From contig CAYWRY010000003.1 of assembly GCA_964460485.1 (NCBI GenBank), positions 1 to 63,882 of the forward strand: DNA of 63,882 bases. The letters run 5' to 3'. The notes beneath the pieces are model-generated. The model had not been told where the DNA came from and made no database searches. It saw nothing but the letters and a program-made list of their open reading frames with translations. Origin of the DNA: an uncultured Spirochaetales bacterium (lineage in GTDB: Bacteria > Myxococcota_A > UBA9160 > UBA6930). Positions 9,283-20,626 of the stretch are shown here, piece by piece; the stretch's first letter is position 1, and each line of letters opens with the position of its first letter. Both the position numbers and the translations under genes were made by a program.

Positions 9283-10674
9283 TCACTCTTCGGGCGAGAG
9301 GCCGTGCTTCTTGATCTTCTCGAGCAGCGTGGTGCGGTTCATCTCGAGCAGCTTCGCGGCCTGATTCTTGTTCCAGCCGGTCTGTTGCAGCGCCTGGCGG
9401 ATCAGCTCCGCTTCGAAGCGATCGACGGTCGCGGTGAGTGAGAGGCCGGAGGCGCCGAGGCGCGGCGCGTCGCTCGCTGCGCGCCCGGCGTCGGGGCGCA
9501 GCGAAGAGGGCAGGTCGGCGATGCCGATCGCGCCGCCGCCCTTCAGCACAACCAGCCGCTCGATGGTGTTCTCGAGCTCGCGCACGTTGCCGGGCCAGTC
9601 GTAGGCGCAGAGCTGCTCGAGGGCGTCGCGCTCGATCGAGCAGGACGCCACGCGCCGCTCCTCCTGCACTTTCTTCAAGAAGTGGCTCACGAGCAGCGGA
9701 ATGTCGTCCTTGCGCGCGCGCAGCGGTGGCGTCTCGATCGGGATCACGTTCAGGCGGTAATAGAGGTCCTCGCGGAAGCGCCGCTCGCGGATCGCCGTCT
9801 GGAGGTTCTGGTGCGTGGCGGCGATCACGCGCACGTCCACGCGCTGGGTCTGCGACGAACCGACGGGCTCGAAGGTGCGGTCCTGGAGCACGCGCAGCAG
9901 CTTCACTTGGAGGGTGGGGCTCATGTCGCCGATCTCGTCCAGGAAGATCGTGCCGCCGTGGGCGAGCGCGAAGCGTCCCTCGCGAGCCGCGACGGCGTTG
10001 GTGAAGGCGCCCCGCACGTGCCCGAACAGCTCGCTCTCCAGCAGCTCTTCGGGGATCGCGCCGCAGTTCACGGTGACGAACATCCGCTCGGCGCGTCGGC
10101 TCCCCCAGTGAATCGCGCGCGCGACCAGCTCCTTGCCCGTGCCGCTCTCGCCGGTGATCAGCACGGTCGAGTCGGTGTCCGCCACGCGCTCCACCAGCTC
10201 GAGCACCCGGCGCAGCGGGTCGCTCGTGCCCACCAGCGGACCTTCGCCGTAGCGGCTGTGGAGCTGGCGCTGCAGCAGCCGGTTCTCGCTCTTCAGGCGC
10301 CCGTGCTCGATGGCCTGGGCGGCGAGCTTGCGCAGCACGTCGTGGGAGGTCTGCTCCGAGCCCTTGTCGAGGTACCAGTAGGCGCCCGCCTGGAGCGCCT
10401 CGAGCGAAGCCTCCGCGCCGCCGTAGCCTGTGATCACGATGCAGGGCAGGTCGGCGTTTACGTCGTGCACCTGGCGCACCAGCTCGTGTCCGCTGATGCC
10501 GGGCATCTTCACGTCGCACAGCACGAGGTCGAGCGGCTGGGAGGAGACCACGCTCATCGCCTCGGCGCCGTCGCGCACCGCCGTCACGGTGTAGCCCGCG
10601 CGCGCGAGCATGCGTTCGACCGCGCTGCGGAAGAACTCGTTGTCGTCGACCACGAGCACGTGCGGCTTCCGCAC
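9283..10674 (-). CDS. sigma54-dependent response regulator (receiver-AAA+-HTH), FleQ/FlrA-like features
   Basis: VLVVDDNEF...CDVKMPG; ITGESGTGKE; GAFTNA variant; FLDEIGDMS; IAATHQNL; REDLYYRLNV; [10 protein letters not shown]; GWNKNQAAKLLEMNRTTLLEK. GTG at 10674 chosen. Confidence 0.9.
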   Translation of the reverse strand: MRKPHVLVVDDNEFFRSAVERMLARAGYTVTAVRDGAEAMSVVSSQPLDLVLCDVKMPGISGHELVRQVHDVNADLPCIVITGYGGAEASLEALQAGAYWYLDKGSEQTSHDVLRKLAAQAIEHGRLKSENRLLQRQLHSRYGEGPLVGTSDPLRRVLELVERVADTDSTVLITGESGTGKELVARAIHWGSRRAERMFVTVNCGAIPEELLESELFGHVRGAFTNAVAAREGRFALAHGGTIFLDEIGDMSPTLQVKLLRVLQDRTFEPVGSSQTQRVDVRVIAATHQNLQTAIRERRFREDLYYRLNVIPIETPPLRARKDDIPLLVSHFLKKVQEERRVASCSIERDALEQLCAYDWPGNVRELENTIERLVVLKGGGAIGIADLPSSLRPDAGRAASDAPRLGASGLSLTATVDRFEAELIRQALQQTGWNKNQAAKLLEMNRTTLLEKIKKHGLSPEE

Positions 10675-10724
10675 TCGAAACCTCGCAGGGGGGTCGGCGC
10701 AGGTTAGGCGAGTGCGCTTCCGCC

Positions 10725-10752
10725 TCAAGGGTCGTCGCGCCGGCTCCGATGA
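10725..10752 (+). promoter_or_regulatory. sigma28-type promoter upstream of the second sigma54 activator
   Basis: TCAAG-N15-TCCGATGA; -10 box ends 7 nt before ATG 10760, so the transcript may be leaderless. Confidence 0.65.
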
Positions 10753-10759
10753 ACCGCCC

Positions 10760-12199
<1,440 letters not shown>

Positions 12200-12331
12200 T
12201 GCTCCTCCGCCGGTGCCGCTCTCCCCAACAACTGCGCGCGGCGTCTAGCGATGCGAGTCGCCCTCGATAAACTGCGCGAACCCCCTCTGATCCTCTTGCG
12301 CGCCTCGCACCGCGGGGCATGAGGGGAAGCC

Positions 12332-13942
12332 GTGGCCCGCGAAGCGAACCACCTCCAGCGAGTGCTGCTGCTCGCGCCGCCGCCCGCGGCGCACGACGCG
12401 CGCGGCGCCGCAGCGGAGGCGCTGGTCGGCTTGGGCCCCGCGGTCGCGATCGAGCTGTGTCACGACGTCGCCGCCGCGCGCGCCGCGCTCGCCGGTGCCG
12501 CGATGTCGCTGGTCGTCGCGGACCTGCGCGTGCCTTCCGCGCTCGCCTGGCTCGAGGAGCTGCGCGACGCGGCGCGCGCGCCCGCCCTGGCGATCGCACG
12601 CAGCGACGCCGAGGCCGTGGCCGCCTTCCGCGCCGGCGCTGCCGAATGCGTCGGCGCACGCGAGATCGCCGAGGCGCTGGCGCCGACGGCGAGGGCGGTC
12701 GTCGCGCGCTGGCGGCGCCGGTTCGCCGGCGAGCGTCTGGAAGACGGGCTCGGCCGCGCGGCGCGCGACGTAATCGAGCACATGAACAGCGCGCTGCTCG
12801 TGCTGGACCGGCGCGGGGAAGTCACCTTCGCGAACCCAACCGCGACACAGCTGCTCGGGAGCGACGGCGAGTCGCTGGCGGGGCGGCCTTTCGGCCGGTG
12901 GTTCCCGGGCGTGCCGCGCGGGCAGCTGCTGGTGCAACGCACGCTCGAACGCGGCGAGAAGCTGCGCGGCGCGGAGACGATGGTGACTCGCGCGGACGGG
13001 CGCGCGATCCCGATCGGCCTGTCCGCCGCGCCGCTGCTCGGTGCGCACGGCGAGCCCGATGGCGCGATCGTGATATTCCAGGATCTGACGGAGATCAAGC
13101 AGCTCGAGCGCCAGCTGCTCCAGCGCGAGAAAATGGCGTCGATCGGCCAGCTCGCCGCCGGCGTCGCCCACGAGATCAACAATCCCATGGGCTTCATCCA
13201 CGCGAACCTGTCGCAGCTCGGCGAATACCTCGACGACCTGCGGCGCGTGTGGGAGAGCCTCGCGGCGCTGCGCAAGGCGGGGCTCTCGGCGAGCGGCGAG
13301 GTGCTGGCGGCGGCCGAGGCGGCGGAGGGCGTGATCGGCGAGGTCGACGCCGAGTTCCTGCTGCGCGACTTCGGCACCGCCGTGCGCGAGTCGCTGGAGG
13401 GCGCGCAGCGCATCCGCGCGATCGTGCAGGACCTGCGCTCCTTCTCGCACCGCGACAGCGAGGAGAAGGTCTACGCCGACGTGAACAAGGCGCTCGACTC
13501 GACCGCCCACATCGTGTGGACCATGATGAAGCACTCGGCGCGGCTCTCGAAGCACTACAGCGAGCTTCCGCCGGTGCTGTGCTTCCCGATGCAGCTCCAG
13601 CAGGTGTTCATGAACCTGTTGATGAACGCGTACCAGGCGATCGAGGAGCGCAAGGCGCGGGATGGTGCGCCGGGCGAGATCCGCCTGCGCACGGAGCTCG
13701 CGGGCGGCGGCATCCGCATCGTGGTCGCGGACAACGGCATCGGCATGACGCCCGAGGTGCAGCGCCGCATCTTCGATCCGTTCTTCACCACCAAGGACGT
13801 GGGGGTGGGCACCGGGCTCGGCCTCTCGACCAGCTATCAGATCGTGCGCCGCCACGGCGGTCGGCTCGCCTTCGAGAGCCAGCGCGGCGCCGGCACGACC
13901 TTCTCGGTGTGGCTGCCGCTGGACGACGAGAGCGGCGCATGA
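12332..13942 (+). CDS. Cytoplasmic PAS sensor histidine kinase with a degenerate N-terminal receiver-like domain
   Basis: Receiver-like N-terminus (LVVADL); PAS ([17 protein letters not shown]); [10 protein letters not shown]-box; [11 protein letters not shown]; DNGIGM; [19 protein letters not shown]. Confidence 0.88.
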   Translation: MAREANHLQRVLLLAPPPAAHDARGAAAEALVGLGPAVAIELCHDVAAARAALAGAAMSLVVADLRVPSALAWLEELRDAARAPALAIARSDAEAVAAFRAGAAECVGAREIAEALAPTARAVVARWRRRFAGERLEDGLGRAARDVIEHMNSALLVLDRRGEVTFANPTATQLLGSDGESLAGRPFGRWFPGVPRGQLLVQRTLERGEKLRGAETMVTRADGRAIPIGLSAAPLLGAHGEPDGAIVIFQDLTEIKQLERQLLQREKMASIGQLAAGVAHEINNPMGFIHANLSQLGEYLDDLRRVWESLAALRKAGLSASGEVLAAAEAAEGVIGEVDAEFLLRDFGTAVRESLEGAQRIRAIVQDLRSFSHRDSEEKVYADVNKALDSTAHIVWTMMKHSARLSKHYSELPPVLCFPMQLQQVFMNLLMNAYQAIEERKARDGAPGEIRLRTELAGGGIRIVVADNGIGMTPEVQRRIFDPFFTTKDVGVGTGLGLSTSYQIVRRHGGRLAFESQRGAGTTFSVWLPLDDESGA

Positions 13943-14307
13943 CGAGCGCGCGCCCCGTCGTGCTGCTGGTGGACGACGAGGCGCACATCCTCTCCGCTCT
14001 GCGCCGCGTGTTGCGCCGCGAGCCCTACGAGCTGCTCACCGCCGGGAGCCCGCAGGAGGCGCTCGCGCTGCTCGCGGAGCGCGCCGTCGACGTGGTGGTC
14101 TCGGACCAGAAGATGCCGGGTGCGAGCGGCGTCGCTTTCCTGCGCGAGGTCGCTGCGCGCCACCCGCGCGCGAAGCGCATCCTGCTCACCGGCTGGCCCG
14201 AGGAGACGCCCCAGCGCGAGCGCGAGGGCGCGCGCCTCGACGCGGTCCTATTGAAGCCGTGGGACGAGGCGGAGCTGAAGGACACGCTGCGGCGCCTCGC
14301 GCAGTGA
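13939..14307 (+). CDS. Single-domain response regulator
   Basis: VLLVDDEAHILSAL, VVVSDQKMPG, ILLTG, LLKPW; ATGA overlap with the kinase stop. Confidence 0.88.
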   Translation: MTSARPVVLLVDDEAHILSALRRVLRREPYELLTAGSPQEALALLAERAVDVVVSDQKMPGASGVAFLREVAARHPRAKRILLTGWPEETPQREREGARLDAVLLKPWDEAELKDTLRRLAQ

Positions 14308-14371
14308 GCGCGCCGATCCCGCCACGTGCGCCGCCCGCGCTTCCGGCCGCGCGCCTTCGCGAGCGGGATCC

Positions 14372-15616
14372 TCAAGCACCCTTCGGCAGCTTGCTCAGGT
14401 AGTCGAGGTCCGCGTTCTGCGTGTTCTTGGCGCCGACCGCGAGGATGCGGAAGCGCCGCGCCGCGCCCTTCGTGTAGTAGATGCGGCCCTTGCCGGCGAA
14501 ACCGAGCTCGAAGATCGCGAGGTGTGGCGGCAGGCCGCCGACCTTGCGCCGCACCAGCGCGTTCTCCGGCTCGTCGCTGAGCTTCTTCAGCGCTTCCTCG
14601 GCGCGCAGCCGCAGGCTCTCGTCGCCGAGATCGGCGACGTCGCGCAGCGCGCGCTCGTCCACCTCGAGCTCCTTGTAGAGCGCGGCGAAGCGGCGCCCGA
14701 GCGACTCGGCGTCCTTGGCGCTGCGCGCCGCGCCCTTCGCGGCTTGCTTCACCTGCGCGCGCAGCTCCGCGATCTCGCCGTCCCTGGCCTCGAGATCGCG
14801 CAGCGCCTCGTCCAGCAGCTGCTCCAGCGCGCGCCGCTCGTCTTCCAGCTCGCCCGCCCGCGCCCCGGTGCGGCGCAGCGTGTCCTCGCGCGCCTCGAGC
14901 TCGCCGAGCCGCGCGTAGAGCACCTCGCGCTCCTCGGCCAGCGAGGCGATCTCGCGCTGCTGCGCCTCGCTCTCGGGCAGCGCGCTCGCGAGCCGCGTGC
15001 GCACGCCCGCGAGCTCGCGCTCGATGCCGGCCGCGCGCGACGCCACCTCGTCGCGCGCGGCGGTGAGCGCGCGCAGCGCGGCGAGCTCGCGGCGCGCAAG
15101 CCGCCGCGTGTGGAGCGCCAGAGTCGCCACGAGCAGGCCGGCGTAGGTGATCAGCACCGCGTTGGCGAGCAGCGAGTTGTAGGGGATCGCGACCCGCACG
15201 TCGGTGGAGGCGGGCAGCAGCACGGCGCCTTCGCCCGCGGCGGGGGGCAACGAGGGCAGGCCGACGTCGCCCGCGTACAGCAGGGTGCGCCCGTCCGCGG
15301 CGATCACGATCGGCTGCACGCGCACCTGGCCGAGACGGATCCACGGCGATCGTTCCAGGAGCGCGTGCACGCGCGCGTCCACCTGCGCGGCCACCGGGCC
15401 GCGCGTCGCGTCGACGGCCGCGGCCTCGGCGACCTCCCGCGCGAAGTGGCGCGTGAGCCCGCGCTCGAGGCCCCGCAGGCTGAATACGTAGGCCACCAGG
15501 AAGACGCAGATCGCGAGATAGGCGAAGCGGAAGCTCGCCAGGCGCTCGAGGGCCGAGGCCGCACGCTCGGCAGCCGGCCTCGCCGCCGTTTCCGTTCTGG
15601 CACTGCCATCCGCCAC
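14372..15616 (-). CDS. Membrane-anchored coiled-coil protein with a C-terminal RelE/Gp49-like domain
   Basis: Hydrophobic segments FRFAYLAICVFLVAYVFSL and LLANAVLITYAGLLVATLAL flank an extracytoplasmic loop; long A/E/R/L heptad region; C-terminus ...AIFELGFAGKGRIYY...RILAVGAKNTQNADL. Confidence 0.75.
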   Translation of the reverse strand: MADGSARTETAARPAAERAASALERLASFRFAYLAICVFLVAYVFSLRGLERGLTRHFAREVAEAAAVDATRGPVAAQVDARVHALLERSPWIRLGQVRVQPIVIAADGRTLLYAGDVGLPSLPPAAGEGAVLLPASTDVRVAIPYNSLLANAVLITYAGLLVATLALHTRRLARRELAALRALTAARDEVASRAAGIERELAGVRTRLASALPESEAQQREIASLAEEREVLYARLGELEAREDTLRRTGARAGELEDERRALEQLLDEALRDLEARDGEIAELRAQVKQAAKGAARSAKDAESLGRRFAALYKELEVDERALRDVADLGDESLRLRAEEALKKLSDEPENALVRRKVGGLPPHLAIFELGFAGKGRIYYTKGAARRFRILAVGAKNTQNADLDYLSKLPKGA

Positions 15617-15799
15617 GCGCGCGTCTGCTCCCGGGCGAGCCTCTTAGCAAAGCGCCCGCAAGGGCAGAGACACCCGCCGAGCGGCATCCCGCCGCCTGCG
15701 GGTCCCAGCCGAGAACCGTACCCGGAGGCTTGACGTCCGCCGCGCGCCCACGGACAACCTCGCCCGCGCGAGCCGGCCTCGCGCGGACGGAAGGCCAGC

Positions 15800-16576
15800 A
15801 TGCGCGTCGTCGACCTGGATCGGGACATGGCGGACGTGATTCCGACCGGGACGACGCGCGATAGCCAGTTCCTGTTCGAGCGCATGACGCGCGCGACGCT
15901 GGACGCGACGCGCCCGGCGGTCGGCACCCGCATCCTCGACGTAGCGAGCGGTTTCGGGCAGGACGCGATCGCCCTGCGCACGCGCGGCGCGGAGGTGGTG
16001 GGCGTCGAGCCCTCCGCGCGCATGACGGCCTGGGCGCGCGCCGTCTCCGCGAAGGCCGAGGGTCCGGTTCCGCACTGGGTGCGCGGCTGGTCCGATGCGT
16101 TGCCCTTCGCGGACGCGAGCTTCGACGCCGTCTACTGCAAGGGCGCGCTCGACCACTTCGACCGCCCCGCGCTCGCGATCGCCGAGATGGCGCGCGTCGC
16201 GAAGCCGTCCGGTCGCGTGGTGCTGGCGGTCGCGAACTTCGACTCGCTCGCGTGTCGCGCTGCGCGCGCGGGGGATCGCTGGCGCGAGGGCGCGCTCGGC
16301 CGCGCGCCACGCCGCGGCCGCCGCCACTACGACGTGCCCGCCGACCACTTCACGCGCTTCGAGCTGCCGCTGCTGCGCGAGCACGCGCAGCGCGTCCTCG
16401 TGCTCGAGTCGGTGACCGGCTTGTCGCTGGCCTGGGGCCTCGCGAGCTGGACGCGCTTCGTCGAGCGCGTACCCGGGTGGCTCGCGAGCGGCGCGCTCCA
16501 CGCGGCGGATGCGCTCGCTCGCCGCGCGCCCGGCCTCGCCGACGTGATCCTGCTGGTGGGGAAGCCGCGCCGCTGA
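15800..16576 (+). CDS. Class I SAM-dependent methyltransferase
   Basis: RILDVASGFG motif I, VVGVEPS, LPFADASFDAV, EMARVAKPSG. Confidence 0.85.
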   Translation: MRVVDLDRDMADVIPTGTTRDSQFLFERMTRATLDATRPAVGTRILDVASGFGQDAIALRTRGAEVVGVEPSARMTAWARAVSAKAEGPVPHWVRGWSDALPFADASFDAVYCKGALDHFDRPALAIAEMARVAKPSGRVVLAVANFDSLACRAARAGDRWREGALGRAPRRGRRHYDVPADHFTRFELPLLREHAQRVLVLESVTGLSLAWGLASWTRFVERVPGWLASGALHAADALARRAPGLADVILLVGKPRR

Positions 16577-16633
16577 CGCGCCCGGCGCCTTCGCCGCGAT
16601 ACGCTCGCTGCGCCGCGCAGCGAAGGAGCCTCG

Positions 16634-17413
16634 ATGCCTCGCCTCAGCCAGCTCTCGCGCTCGATCGCCGGCCGCGGCGCGCTCGTCACCGGCGCGGGGA
16701 GCGGCATGGGCCGGGCCACCGCGCACCTGTTCGCGGACGAGGGCGCGCAGGTCGCGGTCACCGACGTGGGCGCTGAAGGCGTGCAGCGGGTGGTCGACGA
16801 GATCCTCGAGGCTGGCGGCGCTGCGCAAGGCTGGGTGATGAACGTGGGCGACGACGCGGAGGTGGCGCGCGTCGTCCCCGAGATCGCCGCGCGCTTCGGG
16901 CGCCTCGACATCGTCGTCAACAACGCCGGCATCAGCCGCTTCGCTCCCATCGACCACGCGGACTTCGTGAAGAACTGGAACGACTCGCTGAACGTGCTGC
17001 TCACCGCGCACACGCGGGTGATCCGCGCGGCGCTGCCGTTTCTGCGCCGGAGCGACGCGGGCCGCATCGTCAACATCGCCTCCACCGAAGCGCTCGGCGC
17101 CACGAAGTACGGCGCGCCCTACACGGCCGCGAAGACTGGCGTGGTCGGCCTCACGCGCTCGCTCGCGGTCGAGCTCGGGCCCGAGGGCATCACCGTGAAC
17201 TGCATCTGCCCGGGCCCAATCCACACCGGCATGACGCAGGCGATCGCCGACGAGCACAAGCAGATCTTCGCGAAGCGCCGCACCGCGCTGCTCCGCTACG
17301 GCGACCCGGAGGAGGTCGCCCACGGCACCCTGAGCTTCTGCCTGCCCGCCTCGCGCTACATCACGGGCGCCGTGCTGCCGGTGGACGGCGGCCTCACGAT
17401 CCGGAACGCGTGA
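16634..17413 (+). CDS. SDR-family oxidoreductase (FabG-like)
   Basis: LVTGAGSGMG, DIVVNNAG, IVNIAS, YTAAKTGVVGL (YxxxK), VNCICPG, GAVLPVDGG. Confidence 0.92.
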   Translation: MPRLSQLSRSIAGRGALVTGAGSGMGRATAHLFADEGAQVAVTDVGAEGVQRVVDEILEAGGAAQGWVMNVGDDAEVARVVPEIAARFGRLDIVVNNAGISRFAPIDHADFVKNWNDSLNVLLTAHTRVIRAALPFLRRSDAGRIVNIASTEALGATKYGAPYTAAKTGVVGLTRSLAVELGPEGITVNCICPGPIHTGMTQAIADEHKQIFAKRRTALLRYGDPEEVAHGTLSFCLPASRYITGAVLPVDGGLTIRNA

Positions 17414-18528
17414 GCGCCGCCCGCTCGCAGCGCGTGACGGGAAGCCTGCGCCGAGCGGCCCGGATCGCGCGCGTGCTCTGCGCCGCGGCGCTCGTCGCTG
17501 CGCCCGCGCTCGCTGGGTCGCCCGAAGCCGACGCGCTGGTGCGCGAGGCGCGCGCCGCCCAGCTCGGGCGCGACCCCGTTCGCGCGCGCGCGCTGATGGA
17601 ACAGGCCGCCGCCAGCGGCGACGCCGAGGCGATCAACGCGCTCGCCACCTTCGTCGAGATGGGCGTCGGTGCGCCACCCGACGCGGCGCTCGCGCAGCGG
17701 CTCCTGGAGGACGCCGCGGCGCGCGGCTCGGTGGGCGCGAAGCTGAACCTCGGGCTGCGGCTCACGCACTCGCAGAGCGAGGCCGACCAGCGCCGTGCCG
17801 TGGAGCTGCTGACCGACGTGCACAACGATCCGCCCGATCCGGCCTTCGGCGAGGAGACGCGGCGCATCGCGGCGGGCGGGCTCGGCGTCGCCTTTCTGCT
17901 CGGACGCGGCGTGATGCAGGACGTGGCGCGCGGCGTCGACTACTTGGAGGAGGCCGACGCCGCCGGCGACGCCGACGAACGCACGCTGTTCGCGCTCGGG
18001 CGCGCCTATCAGCGCGGCTGGGACGTGCGCGAGCCCGATCCGGCGCGCGCGCTCGGCTACTTCCAGCGCGCAGCCGAGATGGGGCATGCGGAGTCGGCGT
18101 GGCAGGTGGGACTGGCGCACCTGCGCGGCGGGGGCGTACCGCAGAGCGACGCGCTCGCCTTCGATTGGTTCGTGCGCGCCGGCGAGGGCGGCGACCCGCG
18201 CGGCGACGTGAGCGCCGCCTACCTGCTCTCGCTCGGGCGCGGCACCGTGGAGGACGACCGCGAGGCCCGCCGCCTCTACGAGCGGGCCGCGGAGCGCGGG
18301 AATGCACACGCGCTGCGCGGGCTCGGCGAGTTGCTCTTGCGTGGCGAGGGCGGCCCGCGCGACGAGGTGCGCGGCCTCGCCTACGTGCTGCTCGCGGAGC
18401 GCGCCGGTGTGCGCGCGGCGGCGTCGGATGCGGCGCTGCCGGCGCCGAGCGCGCGCGCACGCGCGCGCGCGGAGCGCGTGGCCGCCGACTGGGAGCGCGA
18501 CCACGGGCCACTGGAGCGTGCGGACTAG
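17410..18528 (+). CDS. Secreted Sel1-repeat (TPR-like) protein
   Basis: Signal-peptide-like N-terminus; repeated A...LG..Y..G.GV..D...A..W/Y...AAE.G units; GTGA overlap with the SDR gene. Confidence 0.85.
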   Translation: MSAARSQRVTGSLRRAARIARVLCAAALVAAPALAGSPEADALVREARAAQLGRDPVRARALMEQAAASGDAEAINALATFVEMGVGAPPDAALAQRLLEDAAARGSVGAKLNLGLRLTHSQSEADQRRAVELLTDVHNDPPDPAFGEETRRIAAGGLGVAFLLGRGVMQDVARGVDYLEEADAAGDADERTLFALGRAYQRGWDVREPDPARALGYFQRAAEMGHAESAWQVGLAHLRGGGVPQSDALAFDWFVRAGEGGDPRGDVSAAYLLSLGRGTVEDDREARRLYERAAERGNAHALRGLGELLLRGEGGPRDEVRGLAYVLLAERAGVRAAASDAALPAPSARARARAERVAADWERDHGPLERAD

Positions 18529-19925
18529 GCGCCGGGAAGCGAGCTACGCGCGGGCTTCGCTTCGGCGAGCACACGCCGGTACTCGGCCACGGTGCGCGCC
18601 GCGACACTCGGCCAGCCGTACGCGGCCGCGACGCCGGAGCGCCCGCGCGCGCCGAGCTCCCGGCGGCGTTCGGGCGCCGCGAGCAGCCTCGCGATCTCGC
18701 GAGCCAGAGCGGGCGCGTCGTCTACGGGTGCGAGCACCCCGCCGCCGCCCGTGGTCACCACCTCGGGCAGCGCACCGGCGCGCGTGGCGACCACCGGTGT
18801 GCCACACGCCATCGCCTCGGCGGCCGGCAAGCCGAAGCCCTCGTAGCGCGACGGCACGACCACGAGAGCGGCGCGGCGGTAGAGCTGCACGAGCGCTGGC
18901 GTCTCCAGGCGGCCTGTGACGGTGAGGCGCTCGGCGACGCCGATCTCGCGCGCCCAGGCGAGCGCCTCGGAGCGCGCGTCGTCCACGAGCGTCAGGCCCA
19001 CGCCTCGCGGCAGCAGCGCGAGCGCCTCGAGCAGCATCCTCACGCCCTTGTTGGGGTCCGACGCGCGGGCCACGCACAACAGCTCGTTCGCGCTGCGCGC
19101 CGCGTGTGGGTCCGGCGAGAACAGCTCCGTGTCGATCCCATTCGCCACCATCGCGAGACGCCCCTCGCGCACGCCGAAGTCGGCGCGGATCTGCGCGGCG
19201 GAAGCCACGCTGCTGGTGAACACGCGCTCGAGCCTGCGGGCGACGAAGCCCTGCATCTCGACCGGGTAGAACTCCCAGGTGCCGAGCGCTTCGCGCAGCG
19301 TGCGGTCGCGCTGGAACGACATGCGGCGATCGACGCTCAGCGGGTGATGCACTGTGGTCACCACCGGCAGGCCGAGCGCGCGCATGCCCAGCAGCCCGTA
19401 GCCGAGGCACTGCACGTCGTGGACGAGGTCGTAGCGGCATCCCGCGCGGAGGCGCGCGGCCAGCTCGCGGAAGGCGCGCACGCTGAACGCGAACGGCTCC
19501 GGTAGGAAGCCGAATGCCGAGGCGCCGAACTCCCAGAAGTTGAGCGGCTCGAAGACGCGCAGAGGGCTCGGCTTCGGCAACAGGTTCTTCCAGTCGCGGA
19601 AGAACCACTTGCCCCAGAAGCGCTCGTTCGGAATCAGCGCGACGTCGCGCGCGAAGGGCATCGCGTCCGGGTAGGGCGGCCCGACCAACACGTCCACCGT
19701 GTGGCCGAGCCGAGCCAGCTCGCGCGCGAGGAACCAGAGGTAGATGCCCTGGCCCCCCGACTGCATGTTGCCCCGGTAGCAGACGAACAGGATGCGCAGC
19801 AGACGCCCGGCGTCGGCGCGCCCGCCGGCTCGCGGCGCAAACAGCGCGAGCTGGCGTTCGTGCGTCGCGTCGGACGGAGGCGCCGCGGAGCGCGCCGCCT
19901 CCCGGCCGCGCGTCCCGCGCGTCAC
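18525..19925 (-). CDS. Glycosyltransferase family 4
   Basis: RILFVCYRGNMQSGGQGIY; VANGIDTELFSP; KGV..LLEALA; VPSRYEGFGLPAAEAMACGTPVVATRAGALPEV. The start may lie further downstream than 19925. Confidence 0.9.
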   Translation of the reverse strand: MTRGTRGREAARSAAPPSDATHERQLALFAPRAGGRADAGRLLRILFVCYRGNMQSGGQGIYLWFLARELARLGHTVDVLVGPPYPDAMPFARDVALIPNERFWGKWFFRDWKNLLPKPSPLRVFEPLNFWEFGASAFGFLPEPFAFSVRAFRELAARLRAGCRYDLVHDVQCLGYGLLGMRALGLPVVTTVHHPLSVDRRMSFQRDRTLREALGTWEFYPVEMQGFVARRLERVFTSSVASAAQIRADFGVREGRLAMVANGIDTELFSPDPHAARSANELLCVARASDPNKGVRMLLEALALLPRGVGLTLVDDARSEALAWAREIGVAERLTVTGRLETPALVQLYRRAALVVVPSRYEGFGLPAAEAMACGTPVVATRAGALPEVVTTGGGGVLAPVDDAPALAREIARLLAAPERRRELGARGRSGVAAAYGWPSVAARTVAEYRRVLAEAKPARSSLPGA

Positions 19926-20626
19926 ACCGGCTTCTCCGCGTAGAGCACCACGGACTTCGGGCACACATAGTTCAGCACGTGCTTCTCGAGCTTGTCGGCG
20001 AACCTCGAGGCCGTCGCGCGGATCAGGCCGAGCCGGTACGCGCGCACCAGCCGGCTCTCGTCGGCGTGGGGCAGGCCGGCGATCGAGCGCAACGCCCAAT
20101 ATGGCGTATGGAGGCCATGGGCGAACGAGCAGCCCTCCGTGCGCAAGCCCGCAGCGCCCAGCGCGCGCGCGAGGTCCCTGGGCCTGAAGATGCGGATGTG
20201 GCCGCCGGGGCTCTCGAAATAGTCGTCGCCCAGGCGCAGGTAGAGCAGCTCGCTGGTCGCAGTCGGGATCGTCACCGCGATGCGGCCGCCCGGCTTCGTG
20301 ACGCGCGCCAGCTCGCGCGCCGCCGCGGGGTAGTCGTGCACGTGCTCCATCACCTCCGCGCAGATCACTCGGTCGAAGGTGGCGTCGCGGAAGGGCAGGC
20401 GGAACGCGTCGCCCTGGAGCATGGCGCCGAGCGAGCGCCGGGCCTTCGCGACGTGGCGCAGCGCGCCTGCGGCCTTCTTCAGCGAAGCCAGGTCGAGGTC
20501 CAGGCCCACCACCCGCGCGCCGCGCTCCAGCGCGCCGAAGCAGTGGCGGCCCTCGCCGCAGCCGGCGTCCAGCAGCAGGTCGCCGGGCGCGACCCTAAGC
20601 CGCGCGAGATCGACGGTGAGCAGCAT
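19922..20626 (-). CDS. Class I SAM-dependent methyltransferase
   Basis: LLDAGCGEGRH, GDAFRLPFRDATFDRVICAEVMEHV, ELARVTKPGG, GGHIRIF. Confidence 0.9.
   Translation of the reverse strand: MLLTVDLARLRVAPGDLLLDAGCGEGRHCFGALERGARVVGLDLDLASLKKAAGALRHVAKARRSLGAMLQGDAFRLPFRDATFDRVICAEVMEHVHDYPAAARELARVTKPGGRIAVTIPTATSELLYLRLGDDYFESPGGHIRIFRPRDLARALGAAGLRTEGCSFAHGLHTPYWALRSIAGLPHADESRLVRAYRLGLIRATASRFADKLEKHVLNYVCPKSVVLYAEKPV

Noticed and set aside
15706-15733. TCAAG on the minus strand upstream of the RelE-like fusion gene
   Set aside because: At 15-16 nt spacing the -10 position reads CTCGGCTG, not CCGA; on the plus strand it reads better as a weak sigma70 TTGACG-N17-GACAAC for the methyltransferase.
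14308-15799. Classical type II toxin-antitoxin pair
   Set aside because: No small antitoxin ORF or operator was found; the toxin-like domain is fused to a membrane protein and is reported as a separate finding.
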